Of a stretch of 64,000 nt of DNA, positions 35,907 to 45,074 are shown piece by piece; the stretch's first letter is position 1; every line of letters begins with the position of its first letter. The DNA comes from a virus (lineage: Duplodnaviria; Heunggongvirae; Uroviricota; Caudoviricetes). Position numbers and translations under genes: made by a program. Below the pieces are notes generated by a model that worked only from the letters and a program-made list of their open reading frames with translations, searched no databases and was not told the DNA's origin. The stretch spans positions 60,067 to 124,066 of the IMG/VR virus record IMGVR_UViG_3300037851_000345. One strand, given 5' to 3'.

Positions 35907-36147
35907 TAGTGTAGGGACGAAAGATAGCACCTTTTCTTGGGAACTCCCGTTTTCCAAGATTACCTACACTATTTTCGACTACGGGAGGGTTGGGATGGAT
36001 AAGAATTGCGGAATTATTTATATCGTTATTAATTTACAAAAACGTAATGAGAAAAATCGAATATTTTGGCAAACTCACCCCGAAAAGGCCAAACAACGAG
36101 CAATATCATCTTATGCATCAAGAAGGAAAAATTTAGAAAATGTCTAA
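35890..36147 (+). CDS. Hypothetical protein
   Basis: Overlaps both neighbours. Confidence 0.45.
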   Translation: MKMLNNSVGTKDSTFSWELPFSKITYTIFDYGRVGMDKNCGIIYIVINLQKRNEKNRIFWQTHPEKAKQRAISSYASRRKNLENV

Positions 36148-38755
36148 ACATATTATTTTCGTTTCGGAGAAGGAACAATTTGGGAAGAACGATAACTTTA
36201 TCAAAACGAAGTTGTTGAAAAAATTCAACCCGCAAGTTTACAACCACGTTTTTGAGGCTGATGCGAAAGGGTTGGACGCAAACCTAGTTGTTCTGTTTGG
36301 GGCGGATTTGCTTTACCGCAAATTCCCCGACAAGGACTTTGGGAAGTTTTTCAAAGATCAAGACGGGCAGATGTTCGTCTCTCTGAAAAACTACAAGGAT
36401 TACGACAAGACCGAGAAAAAAGAAGCCACAACCAAAATCAAGGAGTTGCGGGAGAAGTTGAACAACTACTTCTCCCGTTTCGCTCTCATCCGAGTTACGG
36501 ACAAGGCGTACTTTTATCGGAATCTTGACTTCAAGAAAATCAAGGCCAGGAACACGCACAAGGCGAACACCAAGTACGTGGCTGACCCTGACGGCGATTT
36601 TCTCTCTTACGATGGCAAGCGGCTGAAGAAAGTGCCGAAGGAGTATCAGACCTTTGAGCAGACCTACGAAGACCACTTGCGCTCCAAGGACTTGTTCTAC
36701 TTCGACAACTACCCGAACATCGCACACACGAGACTGCTGACCTACGCCACGTTCGACATCGAAACGAACCTGTCGCTCGACACAATCAACACGCCTGAGC
36801 CAATTGTTTCCATCGTGGCCTACGTCAACACCTACGACAAGAACTTCGTGTGGATTTTGAAAAAGCGACACGACCAAACCTACGACAAGTCGCAGTTCAA
36901 GACGGAGAAAATCTTTGAGTTCGAAAACGAAGCCAAGATGCTCACCCACTTCTTTGCGGCCATGGCGAAGTTAGAAGTGGACTTGTTAGGCGGTTGGAAC
37001 GCCGACTTCTTCGATGTTCCCTACATCTTGCACCGAAGCAAAAAGTTGGGAGTAGACTTCACGCCGTTTCTTTCTGAAGTCTACGAGAGCATCGGCAAGG
37101 ACGGCGAAAAATCCTACTACTGCCACGAGGTAATCCTGTGGGACTACCTTCGCTATGCCAAATGGATTATCGTGGAGAACAAGCCGATTGCGTGGACGTT
37201 GGATGCCGTTGCCAAGCACCTGTTTAACGAAAAGAAAATCGAACACGAAGGCGTGGATGTGCTGTGGGAAAACAACGACCTGACCAAGTTAATTAAGTAC
37301 AACGTTCAGGACGTTTACCTCACCGAGAAAATCGCACAGATGCAGAAAATCATCGAATTTCCGATGCTGTATCAGAAGATTGCGCCGCAAGCCTATGAGA
37401 ACGTCTATTTCAACAGCCGCTTCTTGGAAACGCTGATTCACCAACGCTTCAAGAAATTCAAATTTCCTTCGAAACACAAGCAGAGTTTAGACAGCACATT
37501 CGAAGGGGCATTAGTGTTGGATACCGTGCCAGGACTGTTCGAAAACGTTTCGGTGTACGACTTCTCACGCCTGTACCCGACCATCATGGTTTCACTCAAT
37601 CTTTCGAAGGAGACCATCATCGAAGAATTGAAGGACTACGACCCGCAGACCGATATCAAAATCGGCAAAATCATGTTCACCACGAAAAAGCGCGGCGTGA
37701 TTCCGCAACTGTCGCAACTGCTGATTAACGAACGGGACAAACTTACTCAGCGCAAAATGCAGTTCGATGGGGATTCGCAAGAGTTTAAAATCGTCAACGA
37801 CATGGAATCGTGCTTCAAGGCAACTTGCAATGCCCTGTACGGCGTTCTAGGCTACAAGGGATTCATCCTTTACGACCAACGGGTTGCGGCTTGCGTTACC
37901 TACGTTGCCCGTGAAACGTTGCGCTACGTCAAGAACGCCGCAGAAGAGCAGGGCTACAGGATTCTGACGGGAGACACAGACTCCATCTTTATCAAAATCG
38001 AAGCCGACAGTTTTGAGCAGACCATCGACAAGTCGAAAGCCTTGCAGGATTTGTTCAACAAAGGACTACCTGGGTTCTTGGAAAAATTCACCAAGAACAG
38101 GAAGGTTCTCGACTCGCACATTATGAAAACCGTGTTCGAAAAGTCATTCTCCAAACTTCTGCTTGCTCCCGCAAAGAAAAAACAAGTCGGATTTTTGAAG
38201 TACTTCAAAGGCAAGGTCTTGAAGGAAGAGCGACTGTACATCAAGGGCTTCGAAGCTGTTAAGGACGATACACCGACCTTCTTCAAGAAGGTGCTGATGA
38301 ACCTGTACAGTACCATTCTGACCCACTACGGAGACGTGGAGACGCTCAGGACGTTCTGCAAAAAAGTCAAAATTGACCTGAAGAGTCAGGCAGCAATCGA
38401 CCTTGTTATCCGCAAAAAGATGAGCAAGAGGATGGAAGAGTACGACACAGGGGTTCAACACGTTCGAGCCATCCGCAACTCCAACACGACCATCAAGCGG
38501 GGTGAGACGGTGAACATCCTGTTTGTCAAAGACCACCGAGAAATCATCCACTACGACCCCGAACTGAACCTGAAATTCGAAATCAATTACGACAAATATT
38601 TTCAGGACTTTTTGGTAAAGAAAATCCAACTGATTGACGAGGACTTGCACTACAAACTCTTCCTAGCGAAGACGCAGTTGGTTGACAAGAGTAAGTTGAA
38701 CATCGTCAATCGAATCAAAAAGAAAAAAGTAGTAATGCAAAAACTAGGAGTGTAA
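36140..38755 (+). CDS. gp43: Family B DNA polymerase (T4 gp43-like)
   Basis: ExoI FDIET, ExoII GWNADFFDVPY, ExoIII YNVQDV; motif A DFSRLYPT, B KATCNALYG, C TGDTDS, KGFEAV. Confidence 0.93.
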   Translation: MSKHIIFVSEKEQFGKNDNFIKTKLLKKFNPQVYNHVFEADAKGLDANLVVLFGADLLYRKFPDKDFGKFFKDQDGQMFVSLKNYKDYDKTEKKEATTKIKELREKLNNYFSRFALIRVTDKAYFYRNLDFKKIKARNTHKANTKYVADPDGDFLSYDGKRLKKVPKEYQTFEQTYEDHLRSKDLFYFDNYPNIAHTRLLTYATFDIETNLSLDTINTPEPIVSIVAYVNTYDKNFVWILKKRHDQTYDKSQFKTEKIFEFENEAKMLTHFFAAMAKLEVDLLGGWNADFFDVPYILHRSKKLGVDFTPFLSEVYESIGKDGEKSYYCHEVILWDYLRYAKWIIVENKPIAWTLDAVAKHLFNEKKIEHEGVDVLWENNDLTKLIKYNVQDVYLTEKIAQMQKIIEFPMLYQKIAPQAYENVYFNSRFLETLIHQRFKKFKFPSKHKQSLDSTFEGALVLDTVPGLFENVSVYDFSRLYPTIMVSLNLSKETIIEELKDYDPQTDIKIGKIMFTTKKRGVIPQLSQLLINERDKLTQRKMQFDGDSQEFKIVNDMESCFKATCNALYGVLGYKGFILYDQRVAACVTYVARETLRYVKNAAEEQGYRILTGDTDSIFIKIEADSFEQTIDKSKALQDLFNKGLPGFLEKFTKNRKVLDSHIMKTVFEKSFSKLLLAPAKKKQVGFLKYFKGKVLKEERLYIKGFEAVKDDTPTFFKKVLMNLYSTILTHYGDVETLRTFCKKVKIDLKSQAAIDLVIRKKMSKRMEEYDTGVQHVRAIRNSNTTIKRGETVNILFVKDHREIIHYDPELNLKFEINYDKYFQDFLVKKIQLIDEDLHYKLFLAKTQLVDKSKLNIVNRIKKKKVVMQKLGV

Positions 38756-38756
38756 A

Positions 38757-39038
38757 ATGTCAGCAAATGATTGGGGTTTTGAAGATTATGTCGGAACAGC
38801 GGTTCCTTCTAGAGCAACTTGGAAAAGTACAAACATCACAGAAGAAGATGCTTACAAAGAGCCATTTGGGAAACTGATAACGTATGTGCTAGGTTCTAAC
38901 CTTCCACAAGCCACCAAGGACGAGTTTGTTAACTCCTGTATGCGCCTGAAAGAGTTCCGCAAGTACGTGGCTGAGTATTTCCCGCAGTACACCGATAAGA
39001 TTAATTTATGGGAAAAACTCCACAACGAACAAAATTAA
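38757..39038 (+). CDS. Hypothetical protein ending in the DKIxLWEKLH motif
   Basis: ...YFPQYTDKINLWEKLHNEQN. Confidence 0.6.
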   Translation: MSANDWGFEDYVGTAVPSRATWKSTNITEEDAYKEPFGKLITYVLGSNLPQATKDEFVNSCMRLKEFRKYVAEYFPQYTDKINLWEKLHNEQN

Positions 39039-39235
39039 GCAGGCTTCAAAAAAAAGCCAGACTGTGGATGATTCTACAGGGCTACAATCTGAAAAACAGA
39101 TTTCCAGCAATTAATTGTACTCAAATTTGCAAGCGTTTCGACCCCCAAAAAGGTTGTGAAAAATTCGGTCAACCTGTCGATTGGGACAGTTATTACGACA
39201 ATGTTTGCGTGGAGTGGTTAGACCACCAAAAGTAA
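39008..39235 (+). CDS. Small Cys-containing protein
   Basis: RLWMILQG...CTQICKRF...C...C. Confidence 0.45.
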   Translation: MGKTPQRTKLSRLQKKARLWMILQGYNLKNRFPAINCTQICKRFDPQKGCEKFGQPVDWDSYYDNVCVEWLDHQK

Positions 39236-39252
39236 AAAATTGGCCTCTTACC

Positions 39253-39259
39253 ATAAATA
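39253..39259 (+). promoter_or_regulatory. Late promoter
   Basis: ATAAATA upstream of the Hc1-like gene. Confidence 0.5.
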
Positions 39260-39288
39260 GAAGTAGATTCTACAAAAAGGAGACCAAA

Positions 39289-39486
39289 ATGGACGAACTA
39301 ACAGCATTGGTCGGGGAAATTGAGGATAATATTAACTCATTTCTTGCAGACGCAAAAAAGCAAATTGCCCCCAAGTCAGCGTGGCAACGAGCAAGAAAGA
39401 CAACGATTACCTTACAAAAGCAGTTTAAGGAATTTCGTTCTTTGTCAGTACAAGTAGCAAAATTGATGAAAAAGGAGAAAAACTAA
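39289..39486 (+). CDS. Histone H1-like (Hc1-family) small DNA-binding protein
   Basis: KSAWQRARKTTITLQKQFKEFRSLS resembles the Hc1 KAAG.RARK..L.L.K..KEFRK.S pattern; RBS AGGAG. Confidence 0.65.
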   Translation: MDELTALVGEIEDNINSFLADAKKQIAPKSAWQRARKTTITLQKQFKEFRSLSVQVAKLMKKEKN

Positions 39487-39773
39487 TGGAAGTAATGAAC
39501 AACGATGGTGGGAACGGGAAAAACGAAGGGCCTCAGCAGGGAAAACCGAAAAAGACCCACGAAGAATATCTACGGGATTTCGCAGGCAAGCTGAATGAAA
39601 TTTTGTCAGAAGGATATCCTCTGCCAGCTATCATTCAGGTTTTAGATAGTGCCTTGTTCGAAATGAAGATGAGTCTCTATTTCCAACAGATAGAAGCGAT
39701 GGAGAGGGAGAAGCAAACACACCGCCGAATCGAAATTCCACAAATGACGATTCCAACGAAGAAAAATAAGTAA
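39486..39773 (+). CDS. Hypothetical protein
   Basis: TAATG coupling. Confidence 0.55.
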   Translation: MEVMNNDGGNGKNEGPQQGKPKKTHEEYLRDFAGKLNEILSEGYPLPAIIQVLDSALFEMKMSLYFQQIEAMEREKQTHRRIEIPQMTIPTKKNK

Positions 39774-39789
39774 GACTATTCTAGAAATA

Positions 39790-39796
39790 ATAAATA
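39790..39796 (+). promoter_or_regulatory. Late promoter
   Basis: ATAAATA then GGAGG. Confidence 0.55.
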
Positions 39797-39814
39797 GTTT
39801 TGTGGAGGAATCTC

Positions 39815-41185
39815 ATGGGTAAAATCAAAGAAGATATTAATTTATTTAAAGGTGATGTTTCCATGCCAACTACATCTCAACGCAGATTTCAATTAAAAAG
39901 TGATTTAAGTGGAAAGAGATGGTGGGTTGTTGATACTTTAAATAATGATGAAATTGTATATGGTAAGGCTATAAAAGGAAAAAAACAGAAAGGTAGAGGA
40001 TTTACAAATACACAAGTGGCTTGTCATTATTTAAATAAAAATTATTACAAAGAGGTAAATATGGAAAATAAACCCGTAAATGAAAATAAAAATATTTCTG
40101 AAGATTTACAACCAGTGGAAGGCACACCTTCGACCCCAGAGTTACCAATTGATGACCTGGATTTGGAGGAAGTTGCAGAGGAAGGAGAGGCCGAGAGCGA
40201 AGGCGGTAAGGATTATCAATACACTTTGACTGTCAAACAGGGAGACGAAGAAGGGGAAGAAAATCTTGAACCGTCTTTCACTTTTCTCTTGACTCCGAAA
40301 GAAGAAGAGGAAGGGGAAGAGATGGAAGATGAACTAGAGTCCATCGAAGATACAAGTGCAGGGATTGAAGACGCGCAAGCACCTCAGCCATCTGTTGCCC
40401 CTGAAGCCGCTCCACTTCCTGAATCGGTATTGGCTGACCTAGAACCGATTACTGAACAAGAAGGCATGATGGGACCAGCAAGCGGCGAAAATACACCGCC
40501 GCTTCCAGCACCACCTGATGCCGCACCACTACCTGAAGAGGAACCGCTTCCTGAAGGAGAGCCTGAGTTGGATGAAGTCGCACCTGTCGAACTGAGCGAA
40601 GAAGATTTGAAGTCCTTCATCGAAGGCTCCGAAATCGAAATCAAGTTCAGCATCGATGAAGAGACCGAGTTCACTTTGGACGAGGCGGCTGATTATTTGA
40701 AACTCTATCCCGACACCGAAGTATTCGTTGCGATTCAGGGAGACCTAGAAGAGTTCAAGACTAAGTTGGACGAGTTCACGGCAGGACAGGAAGAGGCAAC
40801 TGATGAAGCCGCAACCGAAGACCAAAATATGATGGTGAACGACCAGGGTGAAACGCTCGACATGAAGAACACTCCACAGGCAAATCCCGCAACTCCACAA
40901 GTTCAGCAAGAATCATTCTCAATCTTTAATTTCAAAGGCAAAAAGAATCTACCTGACGGCATCTACATCGGGCATCTATCTGAAAATCGTCTTTACGGAC
41001 GAATTGATTTAAAATTAACTACTGACAAATTGATTATCGACAAGGACGTTTTCGAATTGGACGAGAAGGTAAACATCAAGGAAGCCAAAGAGAAGGAAGC
41101 CATCGAACTGATGTTGAAGGAAGCCGATGTCAAGAAACTCGTAGGTATCTTGGAAGCCAAAGCCGACATTACCGTTAAACTGTAG
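39815..41185 (+). CDS. Very acidic Pro/Glu-rich late protein (prohead core/internal protein candidate); second start at 40061
   Basis: Late promoter; many (L/I)xE sites; internal GAGGT-AAAT-ATG at 40052-40063. Confidence 0.65.
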   Translation: MGKIKEDINLFKGDVSMPTTSQRRFQLKSDLSGKRWWVVDTLNNDEIVYGKAIKGKKQKGRGFTNTQVACHYLNKNYYKEVNMENKPVNENKNISEDLQPVEGTPSTPELPIDDLDLEEVAEEGEAESEGGKDYQYTLTVKQGDEEGEENLEPSFTFLLTPKEEEEGEEMEDELESIEDTSAGIEDAQAPQPSVAPEAAPLPESVLADLEPITEQEGMMGPASGENTPPLPAPPDAAPLPEEEPLPEGEPELDEVAPVELSEEDLKSFIEGSEIEIKFSIDEETEFTLDEAADYLKLYPDTEVFVAIQGDLEEFKTKLDEFTAGQEEATDEAATEDQNMMVNDQGETLDMKNTPQANPATPQVQQESFSIFNFKGKKNLPDGIYIGHLSENRLYGRIDLKLTTDKLIIDKDVFELDEKVNIKEAKEKEAIELMLKEADVKKLVGILEAKADITVKL

Positions 41186-41194
41186 GAGAAAACT

Positions 41195-41263
41195 ATGAAA
41201 GTAACCCGGGAAGATATTAATAAGTTTGGAACGAAAGATGAAAAAATTTTCCTAAAGGAATAA
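41195..41263 (+). CDS. 22-aa mini-ORF consisting only of the EDIxK(Y/F)GT module
   Basis: AGGAG RBS; MKVTREDINKFGTKDEKIFLKE*. Confidence 0.6.
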   Translation: MKVTREDINKFGTKDEKIFLKE

Positions 41264-41551
41264 GATTATACGACACAAAAATGTTAGAAGAATTCGAATA
41301 TCATACCATCAAGCCCCCACAAGTTAAAAATGGAAAAAGAAAGATGAAGTTATTTTTATTTACCCCGTAAAAAATGTTTCTGGAATGAAGGGTAAAAATT
41401 TAGATTTAAAAATAAAAGAACTTACAAGCCAAAAAAGAAAACTCGATGGAGAGATAAAGAAATTAAATGCTGAAGAAAGGAAAATCGACATAGAATTATC
41501 AAAATACAGGGCCTTATTAAAGTTACAAAAAAATAATTAAGTATTTAAAAT

Positions 41552-41597
41552 ACCCGCCGCGCCTCTCACCGATGCGTAATTCGGCGGGTTTTTCTTT
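41552..41597 (+). terminator. GC-rich stem-loop with T-tract
   Basis: ACCCGCCG...(22 nt)...CGGCGGGT followed by TTTTCTTT. Confidence 0.55.
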
Positions 41598-41605
41598 ACA
41601 GGTAA

Positions 41606-42070
41606 ATGAGCGGATTTAAACGGATAATCGTAGAGAACAAGTATCAGAAAAACAAGGTGCAGAGAAATCTCTGTTTCCGCTCCAATTGGGAAATTGCCTT
41701 TGCAGGCTTCCTCGACTCCAACCGTAACGTAAAAGAATGGCGAAACGACTACCCGATAAAATACCACGACAAGTATAATTCCCAAAAAATTAAAACCTAC
41801 TTTGTAGACTTCAAGATAGAGATGACTGACGGAAGCACAATGCTCGTAGAAGTCAAACCCCTGAAATCCCTACAGCCACGGATCGAAACACATTCGATGC
41901 GGTTCAAACAAATTCACACAATCAACTATTTAAAAAACCTTGGAAAATTTGAGACTGTGGAACTATTCTGCCGCAGAATTGGCTGGAAATTTTTTATCGC
42001 AAGCAAAGGGGAACATACCTTTCGCTTCTACACGTGGGACATTAAAAACCGTAGACCCGTTTCAATATAA
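41606..42070 (+). CDS. gp4: Head completion nuclease (T4 gp4-like, TnsA-type PD-(D/E)xK)
   Basis: FRSNWE...FLD...W...TYFVDF...VEVKP...FC...GWKF. Confidence 0.8.
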   Translation: MSGFKRIIVENKYQKNKVQRNLCFRSNWEIAFAGFLDSNRNVKEWRNDYPIKYHDKYNSQKIKTYFVDFKIEMTDGSTMLVEVKPLKSLQPRIETHSMRFKQIHTINYLKNLGKFETVELFCRRIGWKFFIASKGEHTFRFYTWDIKNRRPVSI

Positions 42071-42086
42071 CAAATAACAATTTTTC

Positions 42087-42093
42087 ATAAATA
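42087..42093 (+). promoter_or_regulatory. Late promoter
   Basis: ATAAATA then AAGGAG. Confidence 0.55.
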
Positions 42094-42114
42094 GTATTGA
42101 AGGAGAATAAAATT

Positions 42115-42969
42115 ATGTCTACTAGAAGCAGAATAGGGTATACAATGAAAAATAATAAAATCCGTTCAATATATTGTCACTATGACGGATATCCCGAAGG
42201 AGTGGGAAAAACTCTTTTACAATATTATAACAGTTGGAGTAAAATAAAACCTCTGATTGATTTAGGAGATATATCTTCTCTTGGTCTAACTATCGGAAAA
42301 AAACACGACTTCGATAATGAAAAATTAAGGAATAAAATGACCACATTCTATGGTAGAGACCGAGGCGAAAAAGGAACAAAAGCAAGAGTGGACAGCAGTT
42401 CAGAAAGTTATGTCAATATAAATAAGGATTGGGACATCGAATACTTTTACCTCTACGAAAATGATGAATGGTTAGTTTTACCAGCAGGAACAGACAATTG
42501 GAAACCATTAAAAAAAGTATTAGGAATGGGTGGAGCCGTAAGTAATGAAGATGAAGAAGAAGTTCACGGTGAGGGAAATCCTTATGAATCAAAAAATAAA
42601 ATCAAAGGAAAATTAGATTTGCAGGAGGCGCAAATGTCACAAAATAATGATACAACACTTAAAATTCAGAGGGAAGCAAAAAAGACCGCACTTCGTCTGT
42701 ACAAGACGATTTACGATAACCTGTTTTTGGCTTCACAGGCATTGCTAGAAATGCCGAAGGAATACATTGACGGCGAGACGTTTGGCCCATCAGGTCCGTT
42801 CAAGGAAGTATACGATAAGGTAAAATCTTCGCTTGATTCAATGACTAGCGTTAATGCACCTGACAGCATGACCCCTGAAGAAGTTATGCCTGAACCTGAA
42901 CCAATCGAAGCACCAACCGAAGTCCCAATGGGCGGCGAGGGTGATTTAGAAGAAGTCAACATTCAGTAA
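42115..42969 (+). CDS. Fusion of a common phage domain (MSTRSRIG...YCHYDGYP) and an acidic helical domain; second start at 42634
   Basis: AT-rich 5' half; internal AGGAGG-CGCAA-ATG. Confidence 0.65.
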   Translation: MSTRSRIGYTMKNNKIRSIYCHYDGYPEGVGKTLLQYYNSWSKIKPLIDLGDISSLGLTIGKKHDFDNEKLRNKMTTFYGRDRGEKGTKARVDSSSESYVNINKDWDIEYFYLYENDEWLVLPAGTDNWKPLKKVLGMGGAVSNEDEEEVHGEGNPYESKNKIKGKLDLQEAQMSQNNDTTLKIQREAKKTALRLYKTIYDNLFLASQALLEMPKEYIDGETFGPSGPFKEVYDKVKSSLDSMTSVNAPDSMTPEEVMPEPEPIEAPTEVPMGGEGDLEEVNIQ

Positions 42970-42986
42970 TTAGTAGGAGGCGTGAT

Positions 42987-43598
42987 ATGGATTTTAACGA
43001 AAGGCTGAAAAAATTTCTAGAAGAGAAAGAAGAAGAAATGAAACCGAACGAACCCGATAAGGTCAACAAAGACCCCGAATCGATGGTCAAGCCCGAAGAG
43101 TCTCTGAAGATTCCTGAAAACATTAAATCACTTCAACAGTTTTTCACTTTGGTGAATCCGTTGCGTGGTGAAGTAAAGCGTTGTGCTTTGTTCAAGTACG
43201 TGAAGGAATTTCGTCAGCGTGGCAAAGACGTACTCATCCTAAAGGGCAAGACATCAGACAAAACGATGCCTTTCTTCTCCGTCAATCGCGCCGAACTGAC
43301 TGCGTTTCTCGCATCTATTATGGATGATGAGGAAGCGATGAAGAAATTCTCTGACCAAATCGAAACCATTTACACCACGGAAGAGACCGAACTTCGGCCG
43401 GGAGACTATATCGACTTCGTAATCAAAAACAAGATTTCGATTATGTCGAACCCCGCTGAAGAGTCCTTCGGTGTGGAATCACAAAGCGATTCCGTTCCTA
43501 CTATCAACACCTCAAAAAATCAGGCTGAATTGTCAGTAGACCCACAGAAGGTTGAGGACAGCGAGGGGTTGAATAAATCACAAAAAGAGGAGAAGTAA
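42987..43598 (+). CDS. Hypothetical late protein
   Basis: RBS AGGAGG. Confidence 0.65.
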   Translation: MDFNERLKKFLEEKEEEMKPNEPDKVNKDPESMVKPEESLKIPENIKSLQQFFTLVNPLRGEVKRCALFKYVKEFRQRGKDVLILKGKTSDKTMPFFSVNRAELTAFLASIMDDEEAMKKFSDQIETIYTTEETELRPGDYIDFVIKNKISIMSNPAEESFGVESQSDSVPTINTSKNQAELSVDPQKVEDSEGLNKSQKEEK

Positions 43599-43599
43599 C

Positions 43600-43917
43600 A
43601 TGCTTATCGAAAAGAAAAAAGTATCCCCAATGTTGGCGAGACTGAAGAAGAGAAAGAAACTGAAGAAGGAAGATATTTTAAAATACGGGACTAAGGAAGA
43701 AGTTCAATTTTTAAAAGAGATGAAGTTTATGCTAATAAAAGAAGATATTCAAAATAACGATGATGATTTATTTGACGAAGGAGACCCGCATATAATTCTT
43801 AAAGAACTTATTTTTGTTTCACTACCTCAGCATTTTGAACAAGAAGATTGGAGTATGATTGCACAAGATGCTAGAGATATTATTGAATGGTGTGAACCTT
43901 TAATTGAAGGGAATTAA
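43600..43917 (+). CDS. Protein carrying the EDIxKYGT module
   Basis: KLKKEDILKYGTKEEVQFLKE at 43657-43719. Confidence 0.65.
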   Translation: MLIEKKKVSPMLARLKKRKKLKKEDILKYGTKEEVQFLKEMKFMLIKEDIQNNDDDLFDEGDPHIILKELIFVSLPQHFEQEDWSMIAQDARDIIEWCEPLIEGN

Positions 43918-43920
43918 ATT

Positions 43921-44250
43921 ATGACAAGAGGAAATTGTAATCATTGCCATATTCCTGTAGGCAAGAATGATGAATATGAAATAATTCACAATACTAAAGG
44001 ATATGGGGTATTATGTGGAAAATGTAGTGCTAATTTAACTAAAAGAGCAGAAAAAGCAAGAAAAAAAATAGCACTCACCAAGGAAGATATTTTAAAGTAC
44101 GGGACCAAAGACGAAATTCTTTTTCTTGAAGCGACAAAAAAGAAAAAGAAGGTTTGCGCTCGTTGTGGCAAGCCTCTGAAGAAGGGGGATACAGGCAAGG
44201 TGTGTGATATGTGTGCCGAGGATATTAATATGGGAAGGGATAGAGAATAA
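43921..44250 (+). CDS. Double zinc-finger protein with central EDIxKYGT module
   Basis: CNHC..CGKC / ALTKEDILKYGTKDEILFLE / CARC..CDMC. Confidence 0.65.
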   Translation: MTRGNCNHCHIPVGKNDEYEIIHNTKGYGVLCGKCSANLTKRAEKARKKIALTKEDILKYGTKDEILFLEATKKKKKVCARCGKPLKKGDTGKVCDMCAEDINMGRDRE

Positions 44251-44690
44251 TGAAATTTAAAATTGCCGAAGACATAAAACAGGACGTTCAAACAGTAGAA
44301 CAGAATTCCAATCTTCAAATTGAATTCCATATTTATACACCTGACGAATCCAACCCACAGGCCGACCAATATGTAGCACAGTTGGAACAACGTCTTGCTG
44401 CCTTCGGAACAGAGAACGCCGAACAGAAAAATGAGTCGGGTAAGGCATATTCGATGTATCGTCTTATCGGCAAAAAGTTTCAAGGCACTCAGCAAATTTT
44501 TGATTTCTTCCAAAAGGAATTTCCTGACTTCCTGAAACTAGCCGACCAAATTTGGAAACAGAGCAACAACTTTATCCGTGTCGTTGTTATAGATGATTCC
44601 AAACCACCGAAACGAATTCCAGGTAAATTATATACATTACTAAGTTTATCAGATTATCAAGACATGTTGATGGAACTAAAGGGGACTTAA
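44250..44690 (+). CDS. Hypothetical late protein
   Basis: TAATG coupling; starts MKFKIAE. Confidence 0.6.
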   Translation: MKFKIAEDIKQDVQTVEQNSNLQIEFHIYTPDESNPQADQYVAQLEQRLAAFGTENAEQKNESGKAYSMYRLIGKKFQGTQQIFDFFQKEFPDFLKLADQIWKQSNNFIRVVVIDDSKPPKRIPGKLYTLLSLSDYQDMLMELKGT

Positions 44691-45074
44691 ATGGCGAAGA
44701 AATTAAAGAAGGAAGATATCACGAAGTACGGAACTTTGGAAGAAATAAAACTGCTTGAAGGTTCTGACCCATTTGAAATCCCTGTCGGGGAGGAACAAGA
44801 CCAATCCCTGCCCGAAGAAGAAATCTCCTTGGAAGACGAACAGGAAGCGGGGGTAAAATCTTCAGAAGATTACGAGAGTAAATACGGCCCCAGAACAATT
44901 ATAGTCCCAGAAGCCCTGATGGAACGGTTATACGTTTACATTATAGATGATGAACGTGAACCAGATGAACGTGAAGAATTGATGATGGAATTGGAACATC
45001 TTTTAAAAGATGGATCGATTGATGAAGAAAATGAAGAAGCCGATGGGTTTGAATACAATGGCAATGCATATTAA
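44691..45074 (+). CDS. Acidic protein with N-terminal EDIxKYGT module
   Basis: MAKKLKKEDITKYGTLEEIKLLE. Confidence 0.65.
   Translation: MAKKLKKEDITKYGTLEEIKLLEGSDPFEIPVGEEQDQSLPEEEISLEDEQEAGVKSSEDYESKYGPRTIIVPEALMERLYVYIIDDEREPDEREELMMELEHLLKDGSIDEENEEADGFEYNGNAY

Noticed and set aside
18406-38755. Introns or inteins in nrdJ, thyX, gp43
   Set aside because: The ORFs are continuous, of normal length, and lack intein splice motifs or HNH/LAGLIDADG insertions.
28950-41263. Stop-codon reassignment (TAA to Gln)
   Set aside because: TAA, TAG and TGA all terminate well-identified core genes at expected positions; only 2-3 isolated in-frame TAAs were seen.
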